Assembly: GCF_964355755.1 (NCBI RefSeq)
Contig: NC_092677.1
Coordinates: forward strand, 15,956,101-16,020,100
Direction of reading: 5' to 3'
DNA length: 64,000 nt
Origin: Antedon mediterranea
Lineage: Eukaryota > Animalia > Echinodermata
Part shown: positions 13,074 to 25,899 of the stretch, piece by piece
Numbering within the stretch: position 1 is the first letter of the stretch
How the letters are laid out: every line of letters begins with the position of its first letter
The notes under the pieces: model-generated
Databases searched by the model: none
What the model was told of the DNA's origin: nothing
Seen by the model: the letters and a program-made list of their open reading frames with translations, nothing else
Position numbers and translations under genes: made by a program

Positions 13074-16000
13074 GTGATATTATGTTTGTGACTAGAATGG
13101 CTCCGGGAATTTTCATTTCAAACATAAGTATGAGTGGAGACGCGACTTTAAAACTGACTAAAGTCATTGATAGTACAACAAGTACATATGCTGTTGGTTA
13201 TGATTCCAAAACATTAACCATATTCTGGTCTGACCATGATCTAAACAACATTCAGCGGTATTCATTTGAAACTGAACAACATGAACCTTTTCAATCTACT
13301 GGAGGTAACATTATAATAGTATAATGATTTTTTTGTTTTCTATCGAGTAATCCAAATATGTAGGTAACATTTAATTGTAGACTAGTATAAAGTCAAGTAT
13401 TGTGCGTTACGTTTTATGGATTTTAAATGACCATACGTGTATTTTCTGCAAACCTCCCAGTGTACCCGCAGTGGTTTGTCATGACGCTTTCTATACTCTC
13501 GCTGGGGCTAGCATCTTGCATTCACACAATCTACATAACGGTGTTTCTGAAGTCTTATCTATTTACTGTATTCGTTCTGGAACAGCTGGTAGTCTAGGAC
13601 CTGGGTCAGATTTGTATGCATTTAATTTAGGAGAGAATATCTCAACTGTTATAGGATAATTTGACCCCAACGAACAACATGGAATGTGTGCCAAATTCGC
13701 TATCTGGGGCGCGATTTTTTTTTCGTACATAAGTTGGGGACCCCTCATGAAACGTCACAAAATAAGCATGAATAATTCAACTTGTATTGAAAATCTTTAA
13801 TTATGTGATGCTATTTGATACCATACAGTTTGTCCATTGGCATTTTAAAGAATAATTTAACACGAAAATGTGTTTTTTGTTCATTGGTCAAAGGTAAGTA
13901 AAAGCATTTCCGATCATTTTTTGGTAAAAGTTGTGTTAGACTGAATATAAACATGTACATTTTGAACAATTCGACACCAAAGGCAAATCTGTACGACAAG
14001 TGGTTGTCGAGATATAAGAACCACACATTGACCCCAATTTGGGGTATGTTTGCGCCGGTTAGCGAATTTGGCACACATTCCATGTTGTTCGTTGGGGTCA
14101 AATTATCCTATAACAGTTGAGATATTCTCTCCTAAATTAAATGCATACAAATCTGACACAGGCCCTAGACTATGGTATCAAGCCTTCTGTCTCCTTATTA
14201 AAAAAAAATATTCCTAAGCCATCTCCAAGATTCGTGTCCTGATACATCTGCTGTTTGTCGCACAAACTCTCCATGTAGGATCTTCTCTTTCCAGCCCTTG
14301 GTTTTATCCTCTTGTCACGTCACCTCTTCATTATCATTATCAGTATTATAATTATTTCAGACGTGTTTGATTTAGTCGTTGATGAAATTGGAAGGAAACT
14401 TTATTGGGTAGATACAGGAGTAGAGGTGATAAACCTTGACGGAACAAATAGAACAGTTCTACTTGAAGCCAATCCTTTACGTCTTGTAAGTGGAATTGCT
14501 TTAGATACAACTATCGGGTAAGTCGTTTGATAAATTACTTACATTATGTTAATAATCAATAAATAAATAATAAATTAATATTTGAATATACGTTTAAAAC
14601 AAAAATTAGGGACAGGGTATTGACTAAGAGGTCTCGGAATTGATGAGGGCGCAGGAGAGCGCAGACGTGTGTTCGAGTTGTGGTATCCTTTGCAACTTTA
14701 TATTAGCATGATTCTTTATTTTTTTTCCCCCAAAGTTCACATAAATATTTACATTGATCAATAGATGGTTCTCCTTTTATTCTAAATTGGGATTTTTGAA
14801 TTGTGGATGGTTTCTCTTTAAGTTGTTTTTGGTCGGATTTTGTCTAGGCTTAGGCCAAATTAAGTCACCTGGTGGAGTAGCGTGACAGTAAGACTTCAGG
14901 GTTATTTATGAGCCATGGTGTCGGCTTCGGAAGCAAAACTTAAAGACCAGTCTAATAAAACAGTTATGGTTTCACTGTAATTGTCAAGGGGTTTCTAGTG
15001 AATTGAATTCTACTATTAAAGCAAATTATTATTAGTATCTACTATTATAGCAAACTATAGCAAATTTAAAAGATCAAGAAATGGACCAGTTTCATTTCAT
15101 CGATATTACAAGTCTTGTAGACTGGATTGGTAATAATGTTATGTCTGTGGTACTTAATGTCCAAAAACAATGTGAGAAACTGGAGTCAAAGGCTGATTTA
15201 CTATCTAGTGAAATTGATATGAAATTAACTAATAACAGTAGCAGCGAACATGTCAATTATGGGAAACTAAATAAACTAATTAGTGATGAAGTTAATTCAG
15301 TCGGTAGTGGTATCCTGATTGTCACTGTTCAAAATATAGACAAAAAGTTTTTGAGGGACGACAATAAAATCAATAAACTTAAAAGATGGGAACGGGTCTT
15401 TATTTCTCCAGGCAAGACAACACGCGAACGAAATGGTGAAAAAGTCGTTAAGAAAAGAGCGAGTTGAATTAAGGGAATCAAAAAACTAGTATCCATACAG
15501 AAGAACAATTATTTTGAGTTTTTTATGATGATTTTGTAAATCATGCATTGGCGAGTTGTAAATTCTTGGAATGCTCTCTCACACATTTGTATTGTGAATA
15601 TCGTATTCTGTGTCCCATTACAGTATATTTAGATTTCTTTCAACGAAACCATGGTTTCTTATAATCCTCGTATTGATCCTTTCTTTTAATAATTAAGCCT
15701 ACATAAAGCGAAATACAGACATGATGGTAATTGCTGTAGTCAAATATAATTAATTAACTATTCATCTTAATTGTCATTTGTCCAAATCTTAAATCATGGA
15801 TTATTGAATAGATGTATACGTATCGACGGTGACATCAAATGATTTTCCAACGCGCTCGCCTAAACTAAAGTACTGCTTTCATTAACGGTACCAAGTTCTA
15901 CAAAGTTATATTCACTCCAGGCGGATAGAATATCTCTATAAAACCCGCCAAATTGTTTAAAAAATGTTTTGAGAAGTTGGTTTCAACCAGGTCATATACA

Positions 16001-19000
16001 TTGCTGCAGTCGCGTGCTGAAATTTGAGTTAGTGTTTACCGACCAACCGACCGACCAACATAGGCCTTTTCGAAATCAACGAAAAATAATACATTTGACT
16101 TGTTATAAATTTACTTAACCGGGATTCTTAATTCTTTATCCGTTTATCCATTGACTGTAACTTTTGAATGATCATATCAAGTTTCTAAGTATTGCAATTT
16201 TCGGGTGATCTGTTCTACACTACTTTGAGAAAATGTTTTATTTACAAAAGCTACTTTTGAGTAATTGACCAAAACGTGTATTTTGGTTTTTTTTTACAAA
16301 AGTTCATGTAGTATTTTATTTTCAAATGAAGATATTTCAGAAGTACATTACTAAAACATATCTTATTTGTACTTATAAATGGCGGGACATACTTCGAAAA
16401 TAGAGAATTTTGCAGTTATTTTGTTTGGTTTTTGATCAAAATTTAACAAAACATTTAATAATTTTAGTTTAAATGAATTATAAATGTTATTTAGATCAGG
16501 TAAGTTGGTGTTGTAAGTTATAAAAGAAGCTTTTCTCCTGAAAACATTCATCTGCTTCATTATATATTCATCATACTGCTAACTGATTTTCAATTGCTGG
16601 TAGCTGAGGCCTTTTTTCAAATTTTTTTCTATGGTGTTTGTAGATAAGCCCCAATTATTATTATAAATGTCATATTCATAGACATATTTTAGGATAACTG
16701 GTCAATTCAAGTGATAGAGTATACCCCCAATAGTCAAATGAAACAAAAATCTCAATTTTGAAAAATAAATGTAGTTAAGCTATTTTAGGAGCGCTGCAAT
16801 TCCCACTTATTCATCAGCGTGGTAAAGGATTTTTTTTCTTAATTGTTTTGTTTTCCAGTTTACATAGTAAGTTTTTAAATTTCAACGCAAACATCAATTA
16901 AATGCATCAATAAAGAAATGTTCTGATTGCAATTTTGCAATATTTACCACCGTTTTTATTCTGCAGTTATTTTGGTGCTCCATTGTAAATAAACCGTCTT
17001 TACTCCATTGAAGCACGCCCCGAATTCTTATTTATGTTTAACATGAAATAAAGACAAAAAACATATGCATTATTTAGTGCATTTTGTTTTTAGAAAAAAA
17101 AATTGTGGCCATATGCAAGCGAATTCGGACGCGTAGATTTGTAGAGACAGCCAACAACAAAAAAAGGGAGAAAAATTACACTTTTTTTATTTAAAAAAAA
17201 ACGATAGCTGAAGCAGTATTTATTTACATTACCTTGGTGTTTTTTCTATTTTGAGACAAATAAATAAATAAACATTTTGTGTGGTATGTGGTATGTGTAA
17301 ATAATGTATGATTTTCATAAAACCTGTCATGTTTATGTTCAAATTGAAAGTGTTCCAGTGGGTTGTTTTTAATAAAAATGTTGCATTATAATAGAACAAT
17401 ACTGTACTTAATTAACAAAGGTGCGAAGTTTCATTGAAGTACAAAATAAAAATAAGAATACCCTTTTGCTAAGGCGTAAACTTATTTTCTCATTTTATCT
17501 TTACGATAAAGGGATAAAATCTCCCTGAGTAATACAAAAATGCTGTTCTACAAAGTAATGTTGTTTCAAAGAAATGGCGCGCTCTCTCTCTCTTTCTATA
17601 GCAAACTCGGTAATAAGAAGGTTAATTTTTTATTTTTATTTAGATACCTTTATTATATGTCTGGTTAGAAACGTTTTGTATCTTTTACCTAAACGAAAAA
17701 AGTGATTTGATTGAATCGAATTTTTATTGAAATAGACATTTAATGTTAACATCTATAGAATAGAATAAAATATATATAAGTGTAGCACCCTGTTTGATAA
17801 CCACAGTATCATGTGTATAGCCACAATGAATCATTTATAACAGTAGATTACGTAATTACCTTAATTAATTACCTTGTACATTGAACCTCGAACAATAAAG
17901 ATCAAATATTTTATAAACTATAACAATAAATTAGTATCATTTTTTCATGTGCACTAATCAGTTCATATAAATGACTGACATTCTTTGTGAACCACACGTT
18001 ATAAATTTTACGTAAACATTGACTACAAGATCCGCAATAAGTGAATATTAGTTTTTATGTTCCTTTTAGGCGGCAAGTATAAACTGAGAGTGAACGAGTT
18101 AAATTAAAGCTCTGGTTTTAGACAGAGGAAACAGAAAATAGCCTATATCTGAAAACTGCGTGTAATATAATCTATTTCTGTTTAAACTTTTACTAAAAAT
18201 ATTAGGTAATACATTTAGAATTTGACTTGAAATACAGTAGGCTACTATAAATAATAACTGTACATGTTGTAAAGAATGTAGACAATAGTGGTGGATTTAA
18301 AATGTTATACTTAGCCAACTAAAAAACACACTATACTGTATCATATGAAGTGCCCTTCCTACTTTTTATTATAAAAAAAATATAAAGAAAGCGCAATATA
18401 AAATACTCTTACCATAAATTATATTTCCTTAGATATCTGTACTGGGGCATCGAAAATGAAAAGATTGAGCGAGCTCAGTTAAATGACACAAGTAACAGAG
18501 AAACAATAGTGACTGGAGTGCAACTTCCAATAGGAATTGCTTTATCGCCTGTCGGTAAGTTTTTACAACTGGGTTTTATTTTACAAACGATACTTTCTTT
18601 CTTTTACTCGATCTTGTTTACAATAAATGTCAGTTCAGGAACGATTTTTAGGCGATCTTGTCAAAGATCAAGCGTCTTCAGCCTGCCACGTTTCGATATT
18701 CAATATTGAACTTGACCTGACGTGGTTCCATAATATCTTTATATGAAAATGTTAGAGTGGATAGAAAATAATTAATTAAAAAATTTACCTTAAAATGGTT
18801 TTGAACTGAATCGATTGAAATCTTGTCGTTGTATGGTTTTGGTTGTTAAGTACTTAATACGTATTAAATTGTATTTTTGTTGTAAAAAGTCAATACACTT
18901 TGTTTTTATCTAATTTTACTTTCTACGGATGGAATCAGATATTCCAAAATAAAAGATGTAATGAATGAATGACAACTTTTCGTGCTTTTCATCTATTCAG

Positions 19001-21255
19001 GATTTTTGGGTGGCCGTTTATGGGAGATAAACTTTTTATTAGATAAAGTACAGGAGGTATCAAATTTATTATATATTGAGAACAACGGGCTTTTGAATAT
19101 GTGGCCGTTAAGAGAGTTTCGCTTACGCGAGGGGGCCGCTCGAAATTCAACTGTACACTGCATTCGTTACATTATGGTACCCATCTGCCATAAAACTACC
19201 TCCATCACACTATTCATTATTATATTTTGTTTTCAAGATGGGAAGATGTATTGGTGTGATCCACGAGCTAAGATAATTGAGAAAGCTAACCTCGACGGAA
19301 CCAACAGAGAAACCGTTGCTCGAATAACGCCGTTCATGTACGATATTGAAATTTATGAAAACTATCTTTACGTTTCAACTCTCGATGGCATGATCAGTAT
19401 TGATATAAGGAATGGACAAGTACATAACATCGTTGATGATTTTCCCTTTATCACTGGCGTATATATAGGCCCAGGTAAGCAGATAATGTACACTTAAAAC
19501 AAATTATACCTTGTAATACTTTTTCTTTCATTGTATATTTCTTTTAAATATTAAAGTATTCACATTGACTAATCTCAAGAAAATCGGCCTGTCTTCAACA
19601 TTATGATGCTGTACTCAAGCTGTTCAACCGGTTTTCAGCTATTAAAAATAATTATTGTAGAAGGAGATGCGAAGCATCCTCGTATTATTATGTGCGGGTA
19701 TTTTTTTAAGATGGACATCTATTAGACAGTGTATACCACGATTGGAAAACATCCCTCTTTGAGGCAAATCTTTGAACCTAAATTCGATTTAATTGTTAAT
19801 AGGCTAACTAATAATAAAAAAACTCAACAGTTCTTTTCAGAACTAATATACGTAGTGTACCGCAAACTTTATATCAACATTTGATTTCGCAATGCAAACC
19901 TTCAATCAAGATAATAACTAATTATCTAAATTAATTTAATTAGTAAACAGAGTTAGATCAGGTGGTTAAAATCAGTACCAAAAGTACGAACCAACTTTCT
20001 AGAAGTATTGCGCGATTTACCGAATTTTGCCCTTACGTATATTTATAATATAGATTCCTACGTAATTGCGATCCACCGTCCATAACGAGATGCCGATGAC
20101 GGGCCTTGGACATAGTACACAAGTTTACCATTTACGCTTTGAAGCCTTTTTGCTATGTACTGTACATGATACTAATGTTCGGTGAACAATAACAAAATAT
20201 TTGTACTCTGATCGAATATTTCCTGGTATACTTGCTTTGTTTGTTTGCATTGTATGTTTGTTTGTTTGTTTGTCTGTTAGCACAATATAGCCTACGTACC
20301 TGTTAAAAGATAGGAGACAATTATTACCGAGCAGTTTTAAAGTAACAAGAAGTAAACTGAAATTTCATTTTCTCAAGAATTACTTGTCCAAAAAACTTTA
20401 TTGTTATACAAGAGGCAAAAGTTATAATTTGTTATTTGTTATTTTATAGGCCTACACGTAGTTTTTTTAATTCACCCGCTTGTTTCTGGCGATTTGACAG
20501 GCTCGTCCATTGTACTATAGGGAACAGCCCGCATCCCTTTGACTTTTTTCTTACAATTTTCAAAGTTATTTCTATTGTTAGTCAACTGAAAATATCGTTA
20601 GTTGATATAATAAATGTAGAGGTATTTTACTATTTGCAGTATACTGTTTAATACCAGCATAAAAGTATGTGCAATTGTTTATTTATATCTGTAAATACAT
20701 CTCAGTAAAGTAATATGGCCCTTCGTGGTTAATTAAGCACCACTATCTTAGGGAGATGAGGGTAAAACGTTATTTTTTTTGTTCGGACCAACTATGTGGT
20801 GTTCTTCGCCAAAGTTATGCATGATACCGAAACTATGAAAAAATACACTATAATTCCAGTACACAAAAACAATAGTACTAAGCAGCTAAACGAGTTAAGA
20901 CCAGTTGCTCTTACATCTCTAGTTATGAAGATTATTTTTTTTCTTTTTACCTAGATGCTTGCAATCCGAATCCGTGTCAAAATTCTGGGAATTGTTCGCT
21001 AACTTCGACGAGTTCACTTTTCACCTGTGCTTGTACCAGCGGATATACTGGACGCACTTGTAAGACATATAGGCCTACATCCGGTAAATATTCAAATAAT
21101 AAACAAAACATCCTTAAATAAGAAATACAATCTGGAATATAAGAATATTATGATTATGTTGCCCTAGTATAAGAATGACAGAATTATTGTTTTGAAAATT
21201 ATTATATCTTCAATCATGTTTAGAATTTGAACAAATCGATACTTACAATATCTGA
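13074..21255 (+). CDS. LRP/LDLR-like protein: one YWTD beta-propeller plus one EGF domain (5' end uncertain)
   Basis: In-frame GT-AG exons 13074-13304, 14361-14517, 18433-18554, 19238-19474, 20955-21083, 21224-21255 (TGA). Motifs IFWSD, LYWVD, LYWGI, MYWCD, LYVST and two NLDGTNR; EGF CNPNPCQNSGNC..CACTSGYTGRTC. The start codon is not securely located. Confidence 0.88.
13590..14172. mobile_element. Non-autonomous DNA transposon with ~113-bp TIRs (Academ-like ends)
   Basis: 13590-13702 is the near-perfect inverse of 14060-14172. Termini are TAGTC...GACTA, with TGG on both flanks as a 3-bp TSD. Confidence 0.9.
14640..15600 (+). mobile_element. Internally deleted LINE remnant (ORF1 fragment and RT C-terminal trace)
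   Basis: ORF 15081-15467 ends ..RVFISPGKTTRERNGEK, resembling invertebrate CR1/Jockey-group ORF1 tails. 15551-15580 encodes RVVNSWNAL, like the CR1 RT end motif RVVxxWNxLP. Confidence 0.55.
19668..20010. mobile_element. Probable Helentron-associated non-autonomous element fragment
   Basis: Terminal hairpin GATGC-GAA-GCATC followed by an AT-rich body with no ORF. Family assignment is by resemblance only. Confidence 0.35.
20300..20760 (+). repeat. Dispersed repeat, second copy at ~42120-42470
   Basis: Colinear shared blocks GTTAAAAGATAGG, GAATTACTTGTCCAAAAAACTT, AATTCACCCGCTTG, CTATAGGGAACA, CTCAGTAAAGT, TGGTTAATTAAG.ACCACT. Confidence 0.8.
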
Positions 21256-22325
21256 TAACAGTAAGCAGCCTGTCATTATTTTTTTGTATTCGTTATTATC
21301 GAATCTTGGTTTTACTGACATTATTATTCAAATTAAACTGATATAAAATAACGGTAATCATAATAGTAAATGGAAAAAATTATCCAATTAAAAGCTGTTT
21401 CAAAATAATATATTTTTATTTTCAGGTTTTAATCCAATTATTATAACGTGTCCTTGCAATTCACCATAACTGATTCTTTGGTTGAAAAACATGCTCAAAA
21501 TAAAAAGGTTTGTATTTATTAGGCATTAACGTAATCAAGGTTTCTCCCTTTATTTATGGATAGTATTTTAGATTGATATTTTCATGGTTTTAATTTAATC
21601 ATTTCATTTCTTCTTTAATTCTAGGAGACCAGCGACTAGACGTTATTTCAGTATTGGAATTCATGTCTGTTGGTATAAAAGGAAGAAAAACATCTTCTGA
21701 TGAACTTTCATCCATATTTACTGAAACGAACTTTTGTTTATCCTGGTATCATAGTAATGACTGTCACTTACCTATTGTTGTTATTATTATTGTTAGTAGT
21801 ACAGTAGTTGCTATTTTTATTTTTTCGTAGAGTTTTATTTTGCACTGTGGCCATACATCTTTTTTTGTATGTTGATGTTTGTTATAGGCCCATCAATTAA
21901 ATTTTGTGTAAACGTATGATTTAATAGTATGTAATATTGTAATAAAGATTTTATAGGGACGGACCAATATTTAAATTGCACATGTGCACAATACTACTCC
22001 TATCATTCAAACTGCTCTTCAAATGCAAAAGACCTAAATTCAACTACATTCAACAGACAGAAAGAAATACATATGCCAGCCAATGAGTGTTTGGTTGAAT
22101 TTAACTGTTTATTTTGTCATTTTATGAGTGAAAACATTATTGTTTCGGGTCTTATTCTACTGAAGAAATAACTATACAAAATGGCATATTCAAAATCGTC
22201 TTTTATTAAGATTGTGTTGACAATGGATAATTCATTCACTTTCTGTTAAAATGTAATGTATTTATGTTGTATAAACGTGACTATAAACATCATAATGAAT
22301 ATATTATTATTAGCAATAAACAATA

Positions 22326-24168
22326 TTAATGTTGATTCTTAGTGAAATTAAATAATTCGTATTCAATGTGATCAATTAAGTCTTCGATGGCTGGTCTTTG
22401 TTCTGGTCTGGAATGAAGGCAGGGTCCACTGATATCCATTAGCGGCAGTAATGCTTTGTTGACAGCAATTCCTTCAATTATGACACCAAAACTGTAGATG
22501 TCTGAGGCAAAGGTCGGTAGTGTGTTAATGTTATACAGCTCTGGTGCATGTTCCGGGTGATCTTGCTGTAGGTCGAAGACATCAGCTTTGTCGGTATTGT
22601 TCAACTGAAAGAAATCAAACGGTGCTTCTGCGGTGCAAACTGAGCCAAAGTCAACAATTTTTTTGCGGAGATACGAGGAGCCTTGTTGTAAAGGAGAATA
22701 TTGCGGCTAGCCAGGTCATTGTGAATCAAACTATTCTTCTGTAGTATCTCGATTCCTTCTGCGATGTCCAAAATAATGTGAAAACAATCAATCGTGGTAA
22801 TATGTGGGGAACCACTTGCCAAAGCTTTCATTAGTGATGTTGATTTGAATGATGTTGAGTCGCCAACAAATTCCATAACAATGGCCCATTGTGTGTCTGA
22901 GGTAACTGCTTCACAAACGCCATAAACCCGTGGAAACACGTCACTCTCCTGATACAGAACCATCATTATTCTAGCTTCAAATAACACTGTCAGCTTGTCG
23001 ATGAACCGATTGAATTTTCCCGATTGATTGGTTGTTGTGATAGCCTTAACAGCCACGAGTTCACCATTAGAAACTTCAAAACGATGAAGTAAAACTTTTC
23101 CATATGTACCAGTGCCAAGTACTACCTATAATGTGCAAAAAATATAACATTATATCAAGGTATAGGCCCGTAATGTCGATATATTACAGTATTTTTTGTG
23201 GTATTATGTCCAGTCTAAAAAATAGTACCAGTTAAATAATTCTCCGGATAGTAGCTTATAAAATGGATTAATACGGTTATACATTACAATGTCAGACTTT
23301 AAATTCAATTCAACCTACCTGATGTTTGTCATTCGTTGCTGGATACAGACGATCAGATGTAAACCATTTAACATTATTCGGAAGCTTTTCATCCATTACT
23401 TTGATTTCGATAGTCATGCATTTCATCCAGTGTTCTGAAGCTGATGAAATCTTGAAGTCAGCAGGCTCTACATCGCTGTTATCTTTGTTCGTGCTGTCAA
23501 ATCTTGGTGGTTGATAATAAGATGTCAGTGAAGAGAGGTTTAGGCTAGAAAGACTTGAGCAATATCCATTCGTCGTAAGGATGTTTCTATCCCTTCTATC
23601 TGGTGTGTATCCAATTGCCGGTACATTATTGATAACGTCCAGGAAGCACCATTTTCTTATCCAGGTAAGAGCCACCATTGAGTCAGGTTCGCCGTGTCTA
23701 CGTCCAAAGGCACGTCCATCCAGAATAAGAAGATCTCTTGCAAATCCACTTATCATGTAGTTGTCAATGTCAAATGGCAATTCTTGATTTTCATATGCGA
23801 TAGCCGATGTTTGAGGTAGTGTGATGATAGCAAGTCCATATATTATTCGAATAATTATAATTCTTAGGGCAGGTGGAACGTTTAACCAGGCTTTAGATTT
23901 TTGATAATCATTTTCCGTTTTCTCATCATCGTTGGAATTTTGAAAGCAGCACATGACATATTTTCTACAGAAGCCTGAAATGGCTGTCCGGCTAAAAATA
24001 AATATTATAAACATTTAAAACTTCCTTTATTCACTTTCTTCCCCTACTGCTTTTCGTACATTATTAGCATCTTCATACTGATAGGCCATCAATGTATAAT
24101 TACCTATTTTTAAAGCAATTTCTGGTTGCTTTCCAACCTTTTAAAATGTTCTTCCACCTTCTAGGCAT
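22326..24168 (-). CDS. Tyrosine-kinase-like protein kinase with N-terminal hydrophobic segment; frameshift at 22658-22664 (pseudogene, assembly error or recoding)
   Basis: Coding exons 24168-24104 (MPRRWKN..), 23991-23319 and 23125-22326 join in frame. Motifs LGTGTYG, VAVK and HNDLASRNILL, then after a -1 shift KIVDFG, HAPE, SDIYSFG and RPEQRP. About 512 aa if repaired. Probable UTR exons at ~24625-24561 and ~25060-24964. Confidence 0.85.
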
Positions 24169-24361
24169 TCTGAAGAAACAAGATATAAATAATGTGTAAA
24201 TTCAAATAAGCAACTGAATATTTAATTTAAATCATCATAATAATTAAAAAATATTATAACGTCTCATGACATGATTATGCATGTTTACTCCTCACGGTGA
24301 TCCAATCAGAAACAAATGATGTAGAGTGAACTTCATAATAATGATCTATTTTATCTTGTAT

Positions 24362-24500
24362 TTTTAGTCGCGTGGACGCGACTCTATACGGTAGTTCACT
24401 ATGTCGGTCGGTCGGTCTGTCGGTCTGCCGGTCTGTCGGTCTGTCTGTCGGTCCGGTATCACTATGCGTTTTAGCACGCGACTTATGGCTGTTGGCCTTG
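24362..24500 (+). mobile_element. Short Helentron-associated (HINE/DINE-like) element
   Basis: TTTTAGTCGCGTGGACGCGACT hairpin end and a (GTCG/GTCT)n tract. Related inverted copies at ~15990-16062 and ~57275-57370. Confidence 0.65.
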
Positions 24501-25039
24501 TTATAATCTTGCCCAACTTGTACAACAGAATAGTGAAAAACATATGAAAAATATTCTTACCTCTCTGCTGGAGAAGTAGTAGTAGAAAAACAATTGTTTT
24601 ATTATATCCAATGAAAGTATTCAATCTGAAATATAAAACATAACATTGATACATATTAAACACTATTCTCATGATTTACTTTATTAAGAAGGCCTATAAT
24701 AGAATCCGTGAGTCCGTTTTATGTATAAGCGGCCTCTAATCTACGGGTTGAGATCGTCATGGACAAAAATAATGTTCATTTATCCATAAGAGCATCAACA
24801 TGTCGTGTCTTTCTTTCAATTCTAGGTAAGCAATTTCTAGCAGGAATGTGATTTTTGATCTATAAATTTATAGCCAAACATAATTTATTAACATAAAGTA
24901 AAATGCCTAATTGTTTAATAATTAATTTTAATGTAAAAGTCCGAATTAAGTATAGAAACTTACTGAGCTTTGTAGATTGCGTGTGAATTCTTGAAAGTCT
25001 ATCCAAGTTTTGTTTTGTTTAGTTGTCGGGGAGCTCCTC

Positions 25040-25880
25040 TCGTTACCATCGTATCGTCGTAACACACGCGCGCGTATGGAAGTATGCGCGCAAGAAACGG
25101 AAGTGCGTGTTGGATTCATTTAGCAACCAACGTTGATGGCGTAGTTTCACCTTTTTTATGGTCGGATGATAGACATTATTAATATTATATCATAATTACC
25201 AGTCAATTTTGTATGGACTACAATAACCTTGGAAAATGATACCCTTTTCAAAGAACAATGAGCAAAACAAAAAATTTTCAAAACGACAATAAATAATACA
25301 AATAATGAAAATGTATTTGAACATACACTTTTGTAAATAAAAAAGAAATAAAAATAATTAAAATAAACTAGGTCTAATTATGTACAGATTAAAAACGAAC
25401 ACAAAACAACACAAACTGACATGGCATCGATATCAATAAAGATTATCTATTTTTCCATAACGTTCTACATAATGATTTTACACAATTTATTTATTTGTGA
25501 AAAAAATAATATAATTGATAGTTGATATAATCAATAATTTGATTAGCGTTTATCTTCCTTTCTTTCCAATTACTTTTCTGTTATGTAAATCTTTTTTTTT
25601 TCTACTTTTGTATTTATTTCACATGTAGGTAAAAAAGAAATTCCTCCCATGATTTGTATTGTTATTTTCAAGAATACATCTAAATGTGTAAATCCAAATA
25701 AATAAATGCTAATTTCTTATATAAAAAAATATTTCATCCAAAAATCTATTGGAAAAGTTTTTTATTTCATTAAAATTTAAATTATTATAATTAGGCCGTT
25801 CAAATAAATATTAATGAACTCCGCCTATTTTTGTCAGCCAATGAGCCAATGGCCTCACTTGCAGGACGATTTGTGGCGAT
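25040..25880. promoter_or_regulatory. Divergent promoter region between the kinase and NIT2
   Basis: CpG-rich patch 25040-25145 with TGCGCGCA (NRF1-like) and CGGAAGTG (ETS-like). Tandem CCAAT boxes (AGCCAATGAGCCAAT, ~25837-25850) lie upstream of the NIT2 ATG. Confidence 0.55.
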
Positions 25881-25899
25881 ATCGACTTGTGCTTAGGTC

